A stretch of DNA of 63,112 nucleotides, filler included, from Chiloscyllium plagiosum (Eukaryota): the NCBI RefSeq assembly GCF_004010195.1. It is 5 parts of one record of this genome, joined end to end, with 100 filler letters (N's around TTAATTAATTAA, not from the genome) between each part and the next. Parts side by side here need not be neighbours in the genome. Positions count along the whole stretch, not along the records: positions 10,943 to 29,941 come from NC_057715.1; 4 more parts are not named here. One strand, written 5' to 3'. The translations under genes were made by a program, and so were the position numbers. Below the pieces are notes generated by a model. It searched no databases. It was not told the origin of the DNA and saw only the letters and a program-made list of their open reading frames with translations. Shown here one piece after another: positions 12,500 to 24,410 of this stretch. Numbering within the stretch: position 1 is the first letter of the stretch; every line of letters starts with the position of its first letter.

Positions 12500-13636
12500 A
12501 AGGCTCAAGTAAGCAAATGCGAGGTCTTGCACTTTGGAAAAAAGAATACAGGCATGGACTACTTTCTAAACGGTGAGAAAATTCATAAAGCGAAAGTACA
12601 AAGGGATCTGGGAGTGCCAGTTCTGGATTCTCTAAAGGTTAACTTGAGTCGGTGATTAAGAAAGTGAATGTAACATTGTCATTTATCTCAAGAGGGTTGG
12701 AATATAAAAGCAGCAATGTGCTTCTGAGGCTTTATAAAGCTTAGTTAGGTTTCATTTAGAGTTTCATTTGGGGCGGCACGGTGGCGCAGTGGTTAGCACT
12801 GCTGCCTCACAGCGCCAGAGACCTGGGTTCAATTCCCAACTCAGGCGACTGACTGTGTGGAGTTTGCACATTCTCCCCGTGTCTGCGTGGGTTTCCTCCG
12901 GGTGCTCCGGTTTCCTCCCACAGTCACAAAGATGTGCGGGTTAGGTGAATTGGCCATGCTAAATTGCCCGTAGTGTTAGGTTAAAGGGGGTAAATGTAGG
13001 GGTATGGGTGGGTTGCGCTTCGGCGGGTCGGTGTGGACTTGTTGGGCCGAAGGGCCTGTTTCCACACTGTAAGTAATCTAATCTAATCTACTGTGTCCAA
13101 TTTTGGGCCCCACACCTCAGGAAGGACATACTGACATTGGAGTTTGTCCAGCAGAAATTCAGACAGATGATCCCTGGAATGGTAGGCCTAACATATGATG
13201 AACGGCAGAGGATCCTGGGATTGTTTTCACTAGAGTTTAGAAGATTGAGGGGAGATCTCATAGAAACTTACAAGATAACATATGGCTTTGAGAGGGTGGA
13301 CGCTAAGAAATTGCTTCCATTAGGCGGGGAGACTAGGACCCCTGGGCACAGCCTTAAAATTAGAGGGGGTCAATTCAGAACAGAAATGCAGAGACATTTC
13401 TTCAGCCAGAGAGTGGTGGGCCTGTGGAATTCATTGCCGTGGAGTGCAGTGGAGGCTGGGACACTAAATGTCCTCAAGGCAGAGATTGATAAATTCAAGG
13501 AATTAAGGGCTACGGGGAGAATGCGGGTAAGTGGGGTTGAAATGCCCATCAGCCATGATTAAATGGCGGAGCGGACTCGATAGGCCGAATGGCCTTACTT
13601 CCACTCCTATGTCTTATTGTCTTATGGTCTTATGGT
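12500..13636 (+). mobile_element. CR1 LINE 3' part interrupted by a SINE
   Basis: KCEVLHFG, RRLRGDLIETYKI, FFSQRVVGLWNSLP; (TCTTATGG)n-like tail. Confidence 0.88.
12771..13090 (+). mobile_element. Full-length HE1-type V-SINE
   Basis: A box TGGCGCAGTGG, B box GGTTCAATTCC, central ttctccccgtgtctgcgtgggtttcctccgggtgctccggtttcctcccacagtc, CR1-like tail and (AATCT)n. Confidence 0.92.
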
Positions 13637-13851
13637 CCATATAGGTTGCTTCTTCTGTAATATTCTCCCCACTCAACTACTGCTCTGTCATTTCCCACCT
13701 ACTAATTTCTCTGCTACTGACCAATATAGAACTGTCTTGATCAACATTCTGAAACAATAGACACGTAAGAGGAACATTCCACAACAGCTTTACTCAATAA
13801 CACTTCCAAATGTACATTCACAATTCAAGTCCAAGATGGTCCAAGATAGTG

Positions 13852-14060
13852 ATGGAAATGTGTTGCTGGAAAAACGCAGCAGGTCAGGCAGCATCTAGGG
13901 AACAGGAGAATCGACGTTTCGGGCATTAGCCCTTCTTGAAGAAGGGCTAATGCCCGAAACGTCGATTCTCCTGTTCCCTAGATGCTGCCTGACCTGCTGC
14001 GTTTTTCCAGCAACACATTTCCATCTCTGAACACCAACATCTGCAGACTTCACTTTCTCC
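13852..14060. mobile_element. Fold-back PLE family A insertion (perfect 87-bp inverted repeat) with 15-bp TSD
   Basis: Arms 13851-13937 and 13939-14025 are exact reverse complements; TGGTCCAAGATAGTG at 13837-13851 and 14061-14075. Confidence 0.9.
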
Positions 14061-14599
14061 TGGTCCAAGATAGTGGCAGACTCACATGCTCCAGCTGGAG
14101 CTTGTCCGTTCTGTCTGTTCAACTTCTTCTTTCCTTCTCCTTTTCTTCCTCTTAGTGCTTTTCTTTTCCACTTCTTCTTTTTCCTCTTTGACTCCAAGCC
14201 TCCGGCATTAACTCCTGGCATTTGGCAGTGAATCCCAACTTCTGGCGAGCAATGATTCCCAACTTCCGGCGACAATACCTGGCTTCTAATGGTGACTCCC
14301 AGCCTGGCGCAGTGGTATCCCACAGTGACCTCCTGGTGTTGGCTTGGTGACCTCTTGGCACGGTGCAGCAGCCTCCCAGCATGGCACGATGACCTCCTAA
14401 CTTCTCTCAATGGCCTCCTGGCATGATGTGGCAACCTCCCTGACCTGTACTAGCAACTTTATCCCGTAGGGGTCTCCAATCGTGTCGTGGCATGGCAACC
14501 TTCATGCCTGGCACAGTGGCCTCCTCCCGTATGGGCCTCCAGACATGGTTTGGCATGGTGACCTCCATGCCTGGTGCAGTGGTCTCCTCCCATGAAATG

Positions 14600-14945
14600 T
14601 GGGCTTTAATGGCATGGCAAAAAATTGCTGCTCATTCTTAATAAGCCTTGAAGTGAGTGGCTTGCTATGCCATTTTAGATGGCAGTTACAAATTCAATCA
14701 TATTGTTGTTGTTCTGGAGACAAATATAAACCAGACCAGGTAAGGACAACAGATTTCCTTCCCTGTTGTGAGCAGGTGGGTTTCTATGACAATTGATATG
14801 ATATTATCACAGATGGCTGGCTTTTCATTCAAGATTTATTAACTATATTCAAATTCAATATGCTATGGTCATATTTAAACTCATGTCCCCAAAACATTAA
14901 CCTCAGATTACTAGTTCAGTGATATTATCACTATACCACTATCTT
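14600..14945 (-). mobile_element. Old SINE-like element (degenerate tRNA-like head at right end)
   Basis: The reverse complement begins gtggtatagtgataat...gagtttaaat. Family not identified. Confidence 0.45.
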
Positions 14946-17109
14946 CTCAATGTGCCGATAACATTAGTAAACATTTTAGACTGAGTTAAGCAGGAATCTT
15001 GAGTGCTTAGTAATGAGCGATGGGCCTGCAGTACTTTAGTAACAGAGCTTGGTGGTGTGATGTGTCAAAATTGGACTTGAAGTTGCATTAATTGACTTAA
15101 CCACTTCTATAATGTCATTAGACTTTTTACAGCTCTGCAACCAGTCTCTCAGGGCTAGATGGAATATGTGCCTTCAGGGTTTCAACATCTCTGATGGAAA
15201 TATCACCCCATCATCTCCCCACCCCTCCCTCCTTCCCTCTTCCATCAATCTCCAGCAACACATTGAAGAACAATGGACCCTTTTTTTCTGCTTTACTTAC
15301 AACCTCCTAAACTGGTGAACTACAGTTGCACATAGCCAGAACACTTTGCATCACAGCTGTGGTCCAAGTCTACTCCACTGTATTTTGTTACTTTACCTCA
15401 TGATCCGGTGACACACAATACTTGTGGATCTGCAATTAACATCCACCATGTGGGTTGTGTCAGGCATGTTTATGTTCACTCCCACTGAATTGCTCTATAT
15501 TATGCCCCACATTGCTCTGCTTATTATATACTGTAAATTTATGAGATGCAAACAGTTGTGAAAAACTCCAAACTTTGCATTCACAAATAGCTGAAAACAC
15601 AAAAAAACAACTAAAATGGGAGAGAACACTCTGGGAAATGGCAGCATATGTTCAAAGAGGTAATATTAACTAATTATCTAGATTAATTGATCTTGGGACA
15701 CAGGAAAATTAAATAACCAGTGCTTGTTTCTTCAACAAGAGCAATCCTTGACTTCATACACAATGAACAGTGCTGTTTTATATCTCACAGAGAGTGTATC
15801 AATACTCCTTTTAAAATTATTCTCACATTATCCCTGTATCATAGCATGTGACCTGAAGGTATAGAGGTTTCGTACTCTATCTTGCCCTGATGCAGCCATT
15901 TTACTGTCAGCATGCTGCTCTGTTCTAAGCTAATATCTTAGTGTTAGATCATACAGTCATGTTCCTAAAGAATGTAACCTTTCTACATAATAGTTAACTG
16001 TAATAAATGCCTGTTGACTTTTCAGTGCCATAGTCTCCACAACCAGATTTTATATTATAAAACATAAAACAAGCATTAGCACATCAGATAAAATACACAG
16101 TTGGGGCAAACCTACATCATGGTAACAACAGCCGCCATCTATGAAAAGCAAACATTCAGAAATCTAATTGAAGGTAAACCAGAAAATAGCTTTGGACAAC
16201 AGAGAATTCAGACAAAGAGATAGTTTAAAATTATTCAGTAGCATTAATTCCTGTCAATATTGGCAGCTGTGCAGGTATGCCAATAGGGAACTGACCACTA
16301 AAACGACAGAGCCTATTTCTTTATGGTTAGAATATAAGTTCCATTGAGATACAAGAAACCTCCAAGAGTGCCTTACTGAACAATAGAAATATTTAAAATT
16401 ATAAATGCAACTAGAACAAAAGGCAATAAGGCTCTGCCTCTTCCTTTTTTAACAAAAAGTCAAACATGAGAGTTCAATGACTCAACTTAAAAAAAAATAG
16501 TCAAACGGTTGCAAAGCCCAGTTGCCAAGTGCCCTCAGAAGTAAATGCCTCTTAAAAATACCAAACAATAAGTGGCTCTTTACATTTAGAAGGCTCACAC
16601 ATGTCCAGATGTCAGTAGGTTCTTCCATTTTCTAAGTCTTATTTGCCATTGGAAAGGAGGGGCTTTGCAGAATTAACACATCCGGTCTTTCCATCATAGA
16701 TGTTCAAAAAAGATCTGTAAAATTCTTGAATGGCAGTTGAAGATAAGAATTAACTTCAGGATTACAAGGTTCCAACTCATGCAGACAGCGACCCCAAGAG
16801 ACTATTGACCAATTTGTTGGGAAGATGCACAGCAAAGGACATGAATCTTTTCCAGAGTGGAGCTATATAAATGGCTTATCACTCCTACAACACAAATTAA
16901 AGATATTAGGAAGGAACTTTTGGAATGTAAAGGGAAATACCATTGATGCATTACTTGAGGATGACAGAGTTTAGATTAGAGCGGTGCTGGAAAAGCACAG
17001 CAGGTCAAGCAGCATCATAAAACAACGAAACCCTGGAACATTGAGCAGCCAGTCCTGTTCCTCCCTCAACCAAGTCTCTGTAATGGCCACGGCATCATCG
17101 TCATATAGT

Positions 17110-17870
17110 CCCATAAATAAAAGTGAAATGTTGCATTTTGGTGACGCAAACCAGGGTAGGCCTTCTTCAGGTAATTCTAGGGTGCTGGACAGTGTTGCTG
17201 AACAAAGAGACCTATGCGTCCAAGTGCATAGTTTGTTGAAATTGATGTTGCAGGTAGGTAAGGTGTTTTATTCGTCAATTCATTGAGTATAGGAGTTGGG
17301 ATGTCATGTTTTGACTGTATAGAACATTGGTGAGACCACTTTCAGAATATTGCATTCAAGTCTGGTCTCACTGTTATTTAATTCGAAAGGATTCAAAGAA
17401 GATTTACATGGATGTTGCTGGGATTGGAGGATTTCAGCAATAAAGACAGACTTAATAGGCTGAGGCTTTTTTCCCTGTAGGAGGTTGAATAGTGACCTTA
17501 CAGAGGTTTATAAAATCATGAGGGGCATGGATAGGGTAAATAGACAAGGTCTTTTTCTTCGGGTGGGGGAGTCCAGAACTAGAGGACATAAGTTTAGGGT
17601 GAGAGCGGAAAAGTTTAAAAGGGATCTAAAGAGCAACTTTTTCATGCAGAGGGTGGTTCATGTATGGAATGAGCTGCCAGAGGAAGTGGTGGAGGCCGGT
17701 AAAATTACAACATTTAAAAGGCTTCTGGATGGGTATATGAATAGGAAGGGTTTAGATGGATATGGGCCAAGTTCTGGCAAATGGGAACAGATATGTTTAG
17801 GATACCTGGTTGGTGTGGGCGAGTTGGATCAAAGGGTTTTTTTCTCTGCTGTATAACAATGACCTTATGA
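17110..17870 (+). mobile_element. CR1 LINE 3' part
   Basis: DLTEVYKIMRG...TRGHKF...FFMQRVVHVWNELP. Confidence 0.88.
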
Positions 17871-18217
17871 AATGATCATATCCAAAAAACAAAAAAGACA
17901 ATGCTGTCCTTGCTGCCATCACAGCAGTTTCTTTCAGTGAGGACCTGCTTGGTGAAATTAAGAGATTTGTCTTGAATGTGGTGGAAATAGCATAGTTATT
18001 CCCTCAATATCTATAGCCTCCTGCTGAGAAGCTTTGTCCCCCTCTGTTTCCTTCTTCCATGAGCTTGCCTGAAGTTTGGTACAGCATTGTTTTGCTTTGC
18101 CAGTCACACTGTATTTCCAGGGGAAGCCCAGTCACACCAGCATGTACAGAAGGAAATTATTATCCAGAGTGTGACATAAAATATAGTGCAAGATAAACTA
18201 GTGTTATGAAGGTGTAA

Positions 18218-18680
18218 GGATGATTTGGAGATGCCGGTGTTGGACTGGGGTGTACATGTGGGTTTGTGTGTGTGTGTTGGGAGGAGGCGTTTGGGGGGTT
18301 GCAAGTGTCTGTGAGAGAGGGTGTATATGTGTGTGTGTGTGTGTGTGAGTGTAAAAGGGTCTAAGTCTGTGAGAGGTGTGTGTGTGTGTGTGTACGTGTG
18401 TGTGTATGTGTATTGCAATGGGGTCACCTGTAGTGTGACATGAACCCAAGGTCCCAATTGAGGCTATCCTCATGGGTACCAAACTTAGCTATCAGCCTCT
18501 GCTTGGCCACTTTTTGCTGCTGCCTGTCCCGAAGTCCACCTTGGATGATGGTCACCCAAAGGTCTGAGGTCGAATGTCCTGGACCACAGAAGTGTTCTCC
18601 AACTGGGAGGGAACACTCCTGTCTGTTGATTGTTGTGCAGTGCCCATTCATCCGTTACTGTAGCCTCTGCTCAGTACCAA
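18218..18680 (-). mobile_element. PLE family B 3' part (GIY-YIG C-terminus, CA microsatellite, terminus; ribozyme segment deleted)
   Basis: MNGH...LPVGEHF...QRLIAKFGTHEDSLN; terminus ggagatgccggtgttggactggggtgtaca matches 6162-6191. Confidence 0.8.
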
Positions 18681-18771
18681 ACCAATGCTTGGTTACTTTG
18701 GAGTTTGGTTCCCCATGTTGTAACACTAGACTGCTCTCTGTAGAGTTTTTAAAATTTAGCTGATTAACTCT

Positions 18772-19525
18772 CTTATGAACCAGACCAATCCCTCTCAAAA
18801 CATCTCAAGCAGGTAGCCTAGCCCCTAAGTTTTCCTTATTTTAAAGGCAAGTGGCAACCTTTGTATTCTGGATACAATTTGATTGATCAAACTATCAGAC
18901 TTGAAGCATTACACACTTTATTCATACACTATTGTTAAAATACAGATGAAATAAAAAGAAAAGAAAAGAATTAACTTACTGTAACTCTATGTCTAGATTA
19001 GAGTGGTGCTGAAAAAGCACAGCAGGTCAGGCAGCATCCAAGGAGCAGGAAAACCGATATTTCGGGCAAAAGCCCTTCATCAGGAAATGGTAAAGTTCGC
19101 CTTACTGTAATTCTATACCGAAACACTTAACAAAATAATAAGCTACTCATTAACTGTTCCAATATAGTAATATCCCATAAGCACATCCTTGGCAAAGACA
19201 AATTCAGTAACGTAGATTGTCTCAGATTCAATTCTAGCAGCAGGAAGTGAACTCAAACTTTTAGCTGTAACAAAGAGAGGGCGAGAGATATAGCACCTTT
19301 CACAAACCCAACAGCTACTGAAAGCTAGACTAAAAATCCTGGCTCAGTGGGTGCATGATCACACCCATTCAGGCTGCTTTCATTGTTTCCAATTTTACAA
19401 AAGCCACAAGGCCTCACAAGTTGTTTACTTTATTGGCTTGAAGCAAAGTGGTTGGCACCTCTGTCTCAATCTCTCTTCTTAAAAGAAACCATTATAAAAT
19501 ATACATTTTAAAGCCATAGTCACTG
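18772..19525. mobile_element. Dispersed repeat, probable solo LTR; contains a PLE tail (18991-19100, minus) with 16-bp TSD
   Basis: Colinear with 33883-34495. CTTACTGTAA(C/T)TCTAT at 18975-18990 and 19101-19116. Confidence 0.6.
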
Positions 19526-22029
19526 CTAAAATTGTGTAAATTGTAATAGCAGTGATAACTTAGTGATTTACTCATAATTCTTTCAAATGGCATTGGGGAT
19601 GTTTTCCCCAATTAGACTGTTTAGATGCATGCTTGGAGCAGGTGGGACTTGAACCCAGGCCCTCTGGTTCAGAGGTAGGAACGCCATCCATTACATCAAA
19701 AACACAATATTTTTCCACCTTGCACAAAGGTGCATTTTATTTAATACAGCCTGGAAGGACTTTTAAAAAAAAATTAACCTACTTTTCTAATCAATCTGTT
19801 CAGAAATGGTATTACATACCTCTGAAGCAGGTGGGGACATTACCAGCGAGCTACAACAGGGTCCCCTGGCAGAGTTATTCATGCTTGTTAATACCAAATT
19901 TAGCTGCTCAAAGTTGTCAGGAGTAAAGAGTTTCAAAATGGTAGTGGTGGTTTTAGTGTTGTTTGCTGATTTATATCATGATCTTGCTGCTTGGTGTCAG
20001 ATTTAGACACAATCCTAAAAGACTTTGAACAAAGTAATCAAGAGCATGTTAAAATTAGGCTGGCTATTTTATGTCGGTAAAAAGGTCTTCTTGAATTTCT
20101 ACACTGAGTTTACCCCATCAACAATATTACTGATCAACGGATTTGTATAGTTTAGTCAAGATAACTACAACAATTGTTTGGCTTGTAGTATTTTTTGAAA
20201 ATCATAGGATTTTGTAAATTTTCTTTGGATTGAAATAAAAACAATTTGCTATTTGTGTTTAATGTATGCTTCAGGATGCAGTATTGATATGCAAAATGTA
20301 TGCTGTAATGCTAATTTTCTTTTCCTCATCAATTAATGTAATGCAAATAATGATATATAATTTTAGTCATTATATCTGCACTGTAAATCGATGTTAATGA
20401 AGTAAAATGTGCTAGATGGCAAGCTACGCTGAAGTATAAAAAAATTCTATTTATGTATGACTATCAACATTTCCACATTGATATTCACCAGAGGATTGTC
20501 AGCTAAATTTAAAAGAGCATTAGGGCACACGTTTTTCTCCAACAGTCCTCTTGAGAGCAGGTATGACGCACAGACACAGATAGCTGCGGAGGAGAGAAAA
20601 TGCTCAAAGATAAACCCTCTCTATTCTCTTTGCCCAGTTCATTTAACAAGAAGGTTTTTTTGTAATTTTAAACAAAAGGAAGGATTTCTGCACATTTTCT
20701 TGAACAAATTTCCTCCTTATATTTGCAGCTATAATTTTTGGATGACTGTATTTTACAAATAGATATAGAATTTATTGTCATATGTATTTTTTATAAGAAA
20801 AATACAATGAAAAGTGTTCTAAGTTGCCCTACCATGGCGTCTATAAATAAAGATAATGGAAAACAAAACGTTCTGACAAACGTGGAGAATAAATTAAAAA
20901 ATCCTGTCCCAGTGTGGAGCTTACTTTTAAAAAATAAAGGCCATTAGAGCAGAGATCTAAACTTTCCAATCAACTTACCTTCTTGTGAGATGTAATTTTA
21001 GCTTGTTTTTTAAAGCAACTGAGTGGAACGTCCATGGAAAACAACCTGGGGCAATGGGGAGGGGGTGGGGAGGCCAAAGCTGCTAAATTTGCATGCCAGG
21101 TTCCAATAACATAGTCAAAGTCCACATACAATATAACCCTCAATTCTGTGTAGGGAAGCTGTTGTGGAGTCTCCATCAGCCTAATTTGGTTGCAAGTAAA
21201 TCTGGAACTAGAGAAAGATCAGTTGAGCAAGTTATTGTAGTTATTTTGTTTAATTTTATTTCAAGGGAAGCAAGTGTGCTTCTCCAGGCCCGATACAAAA
21301 ACAGTGGCTGCTTTAGGTCTATGCTTCCCTCTCCACTGATACGATTCTGATCTTCGTATTAACATTCCCTTAGGTATCAGATTATACTCATCCACTGTCC
21401 AAAATCTCTCTCCTCCTGACCAGTTAATATTTTCCATTGGTTTCAGATGACAGACTGAGAGCTAGTTCAAGAGGCTAAAATTTGGATTTGACCCTTTGTT
21501 GGGGCACAGGACACATAACATGATGTGTGATTATTCCATGCCCAGTCCACTTAATAATACAACACACAAATTTTATCCTGCTTGTTCAAAAATGCAGTGT
21601 GCAGCCCAGTGCAAAGCACACTGATGACAGGCTATATGATCAGCCAGTTCATAAGATCATTTTTTCCGAATGATGTACAACTGGACTGCCCTTCTTAATC
21701 CAGCATTCCTTTTACTCTAACATCTTGGACAATAATCACGTTTCGGTTAATCGTTCAACTTACACTGATAATGGAGGTAATTGCACTGTCCAGTTTTGTG
21801 TGGCTTTGCCTCTAGCAGGATGTTTACCTGATGCAGCAATGTTTATGTTATCCATTTAAACATAGAAAACTGGGTATAGATATCATGGTTTTGAAGATAG
21901 AACTGACATCATTTGGACATAACTATTATGTACAAGCATTACATTCTTTAGGCACATAGCATCTGGGCTAACATTAGCCTATTAGATTACAACAGAGCAT
22001 CATACTAAAAGTAAGGTGTCATCCTCAAG

Positions 22030-22135
22030 TAGGCAAAAGTGAGGACTGCAGATGCTGGAAGGCCAGAGTTTAGATTAGAGTGGTGCTGGAAAAGCACAGC
22101 AGGTCAGGCAGCATCCGAGGAGAAGGAAAATTGCC
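22030..22135 (-). mobile_element. PLE family A terminal fragment
   Basis: aaagtgaggactgcagatgctgg...aaaagcacagcaggtcaggcagcatcc. Confidence 0.8.
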
Positions 22136-22139
22136 CAAA

Positions 22140-23360
22140 ACATCAATTGAATTTTTCGAGGAGACGATGAAGGTGATCAGTAAGGATAGAGCAATGCATG
22201 TTGTGAACATGGATTTTAGTAAGGCTTTCAGCAAGGTCCCAAATGGTAGGCTCATCCAGAAGATTAGGATGCATGGGATTATCATGACTTGGCCATGTGG
22301 ATTCAGGATTGGCTCATCCTTAGAAGGCAGAGGGTAGTAGTGGAAGGTTATTTTTCAGGCTGGAGGGCTGTGACTAGTGATGTTCGGTAGAGACTCATAG
22401 TGGGACCTCTGCTGTTTATGCTATACATAAATAACTTGGATGAAAGTGTAGATGGGTATGTTAGTAAATTTACAGAAGATGTAAAAATTGGAGGAGTTGT
22501 GGATAATGTAGAAGGTTGTCAAAGGAAAGAGCGGGGTATCAATCATTTGCAGATAAGGGCAGAGAAATGATAGATGGAGTTTAATCTGGGTCAGCGTGAC
22601 ATGCTGCACTTTGGAAGATCAAATGTTAAGGAATAGTATACAATTAATGGCAGAGCCCTGAACAACATTGATATACAGAGGGATCTTGGGGTTCATGACC
22701 ATAGCTCCATGAAAGTGGCCGCTCAAGTAGATATGTTGGTAAAGAAGGCATATGACATGCTTGCCTTTATTGGTCAGGGAATTGAGTACAAGAGTCAGAA
22801 TGTCATGTTGCAACTTTATAAGACTTTGGTTAGGCCACATTTAGAGTACTGCATTCAATTCTGGTCACCACATTACAGCAAAGATGTGGAGGCTTTGGAG
22901 AGGGTGCAGAAGAGGCTTACCAAGATGCTGCCTGGATTAGAGAGTATGAATTATAAGGAAAGGATAGAAAAACTCAGGTTGTTTTTTTTCTGGAGCTGCC
23001 ATGTTGAGGAGAGACTTGATAGAAGCCTACAAAATTATGAGCTGTACAGATATGGTTTGCAATCAGAATCTTTTTCCCACAGTTGAAATGTCTAAAACTG
23101 GGTGGCATGCATTTAAGGTGAGAGGGGAAGTTCAAAGGAGATGTGAGGGGAAATTTCTTTTTAAGAGAGAGTGGTAGGAGAGTGGAACATGCTGCCATGG
23201 GTGATGACGAAGGTAGTTGCAATGGGGGTGTCTAAGATACATTTAGACACGCAAATGATAAACAATGGAGGAATATGGACCAAGGGCAGATAGAAGAGAT
23301 TCGTTTAACTTGACGTCATCTTTGGTACAGCACCATTGTTCTGTACAATTCTAAGTTCTA
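22140..23360 (+). mobile_element. CR1 LINE RT and 3' end
   Basis: MDFSKAFSKVP; LYKTLVRPHLEYCIQFWSP. Confidence 0.88.
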
Positions 23361-23364
23361 TCTA

Positions 23365-23940
23365 AATTAAGCTCCATCTGCTACTCCTCAGCCCATTGGC
23401 CCACCTGATCAAGGTCTCTGTATACTCTGATATAGCCTCTTCACTTTCCACTAAACCTCCAATTTTAGTGTCATCTGCAAACTTACTAACCATGCCTCCT
23501 ATACAGTATTCACATCCAAATTATTTATGTAAATGACAAAAAGCAGTGGACCTAGCACCGATCCTTGTAGCAGAACCTGGTCACAGACCTTCAGTCTAAG
23601 AAGAAACCCTCTTTCACCATCCTGTGTCTCCAGTTGGCTAGTTCTCCCTGGATTCCATGTGATTTCATCTTGCTAACCAGTCTACCATGGTTGAAGTCCA
23701 TATAGACAATGTCTACTGCTCTGCCTTCATCAATTTTCTTTATCACCTCTTCAAAAACTCAATCGAGTTAATCAGACATGACTTCCCATGCACAGGTTAA
23801 CGATCCCTGACGATCTCTAATCAGTCCTTGCCTTTCCAAATGCATGTAAATCTCATCCCTCCAACAACTTATCCATCAAAGAGATTAGGTTCACTGTTCT
23901 GTAGATCCCAGATTTTCTCTACCATCTTTCTAAAATAATA
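23365..23940 (-). mobile_element. CR1 LINE RT fragment
   Basis: Similar to the minus-strand CR1 at 62110-62680. Confidence 0.75.
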
Positions 23941-24234
23941 GATGGCAAGGTAAGTACCATTGCTCTTCTCTGATGACATTTGAGCAGTTGCTGGTGATCT
24001 GTCTCTTGAATGGGTATAATCCTTCAGTTCTAGGTATAACACAATGCTGCTAAGGGGTGATGTTCCAGGGTCTTGACCAGGAATGACAGTACAGTTCTAT
24101 ATAGGAAAGAATGTGACTTGGAGGGAAACTTGTAGATATGATATTCTCAGGTGTCTTCTGCCTTCATTATTCTAGTTTGTAGTGACTGTATGTTTGAAAT
24201 TAGCCTTGACGACTTACTGCTTTATAAGATGATG

Positions 24235-24410
24235 ATAAAGGTAAAGTCACCATTGTCCCAAGCTGCACTCCAATTAGAGAACGAGAGAGAGAATTGACTG
24301 GTGGTATTTTAACCTGTGGGTCACTGCTTTGCAGCAAGGAGCAAGATTGAGAAGACAGCACCTTCATGGTAACCTCAGCCGGTACAGGAATTGAACACTT
24401 GCTTCTGCGT
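24235..24410 (-). mobile_element. Old tRNA-derived SINE-like fragment
   Basis: The reverse complement has a B-box-like GTTCAATTCC near its 5' end. Family not identified. Confidence 0.4.

Noticed and set aside
12771..12845. tRNA-like sequences at SINE heads
   Set aside because: They continue into the SINE body and tail; they are not tRNA genes.
13895..14434. 179-aa basic ORF on the minus strand
   Set aside because: It spans a PLE palindrome and a low-complexity tract and has no recognisable domain.
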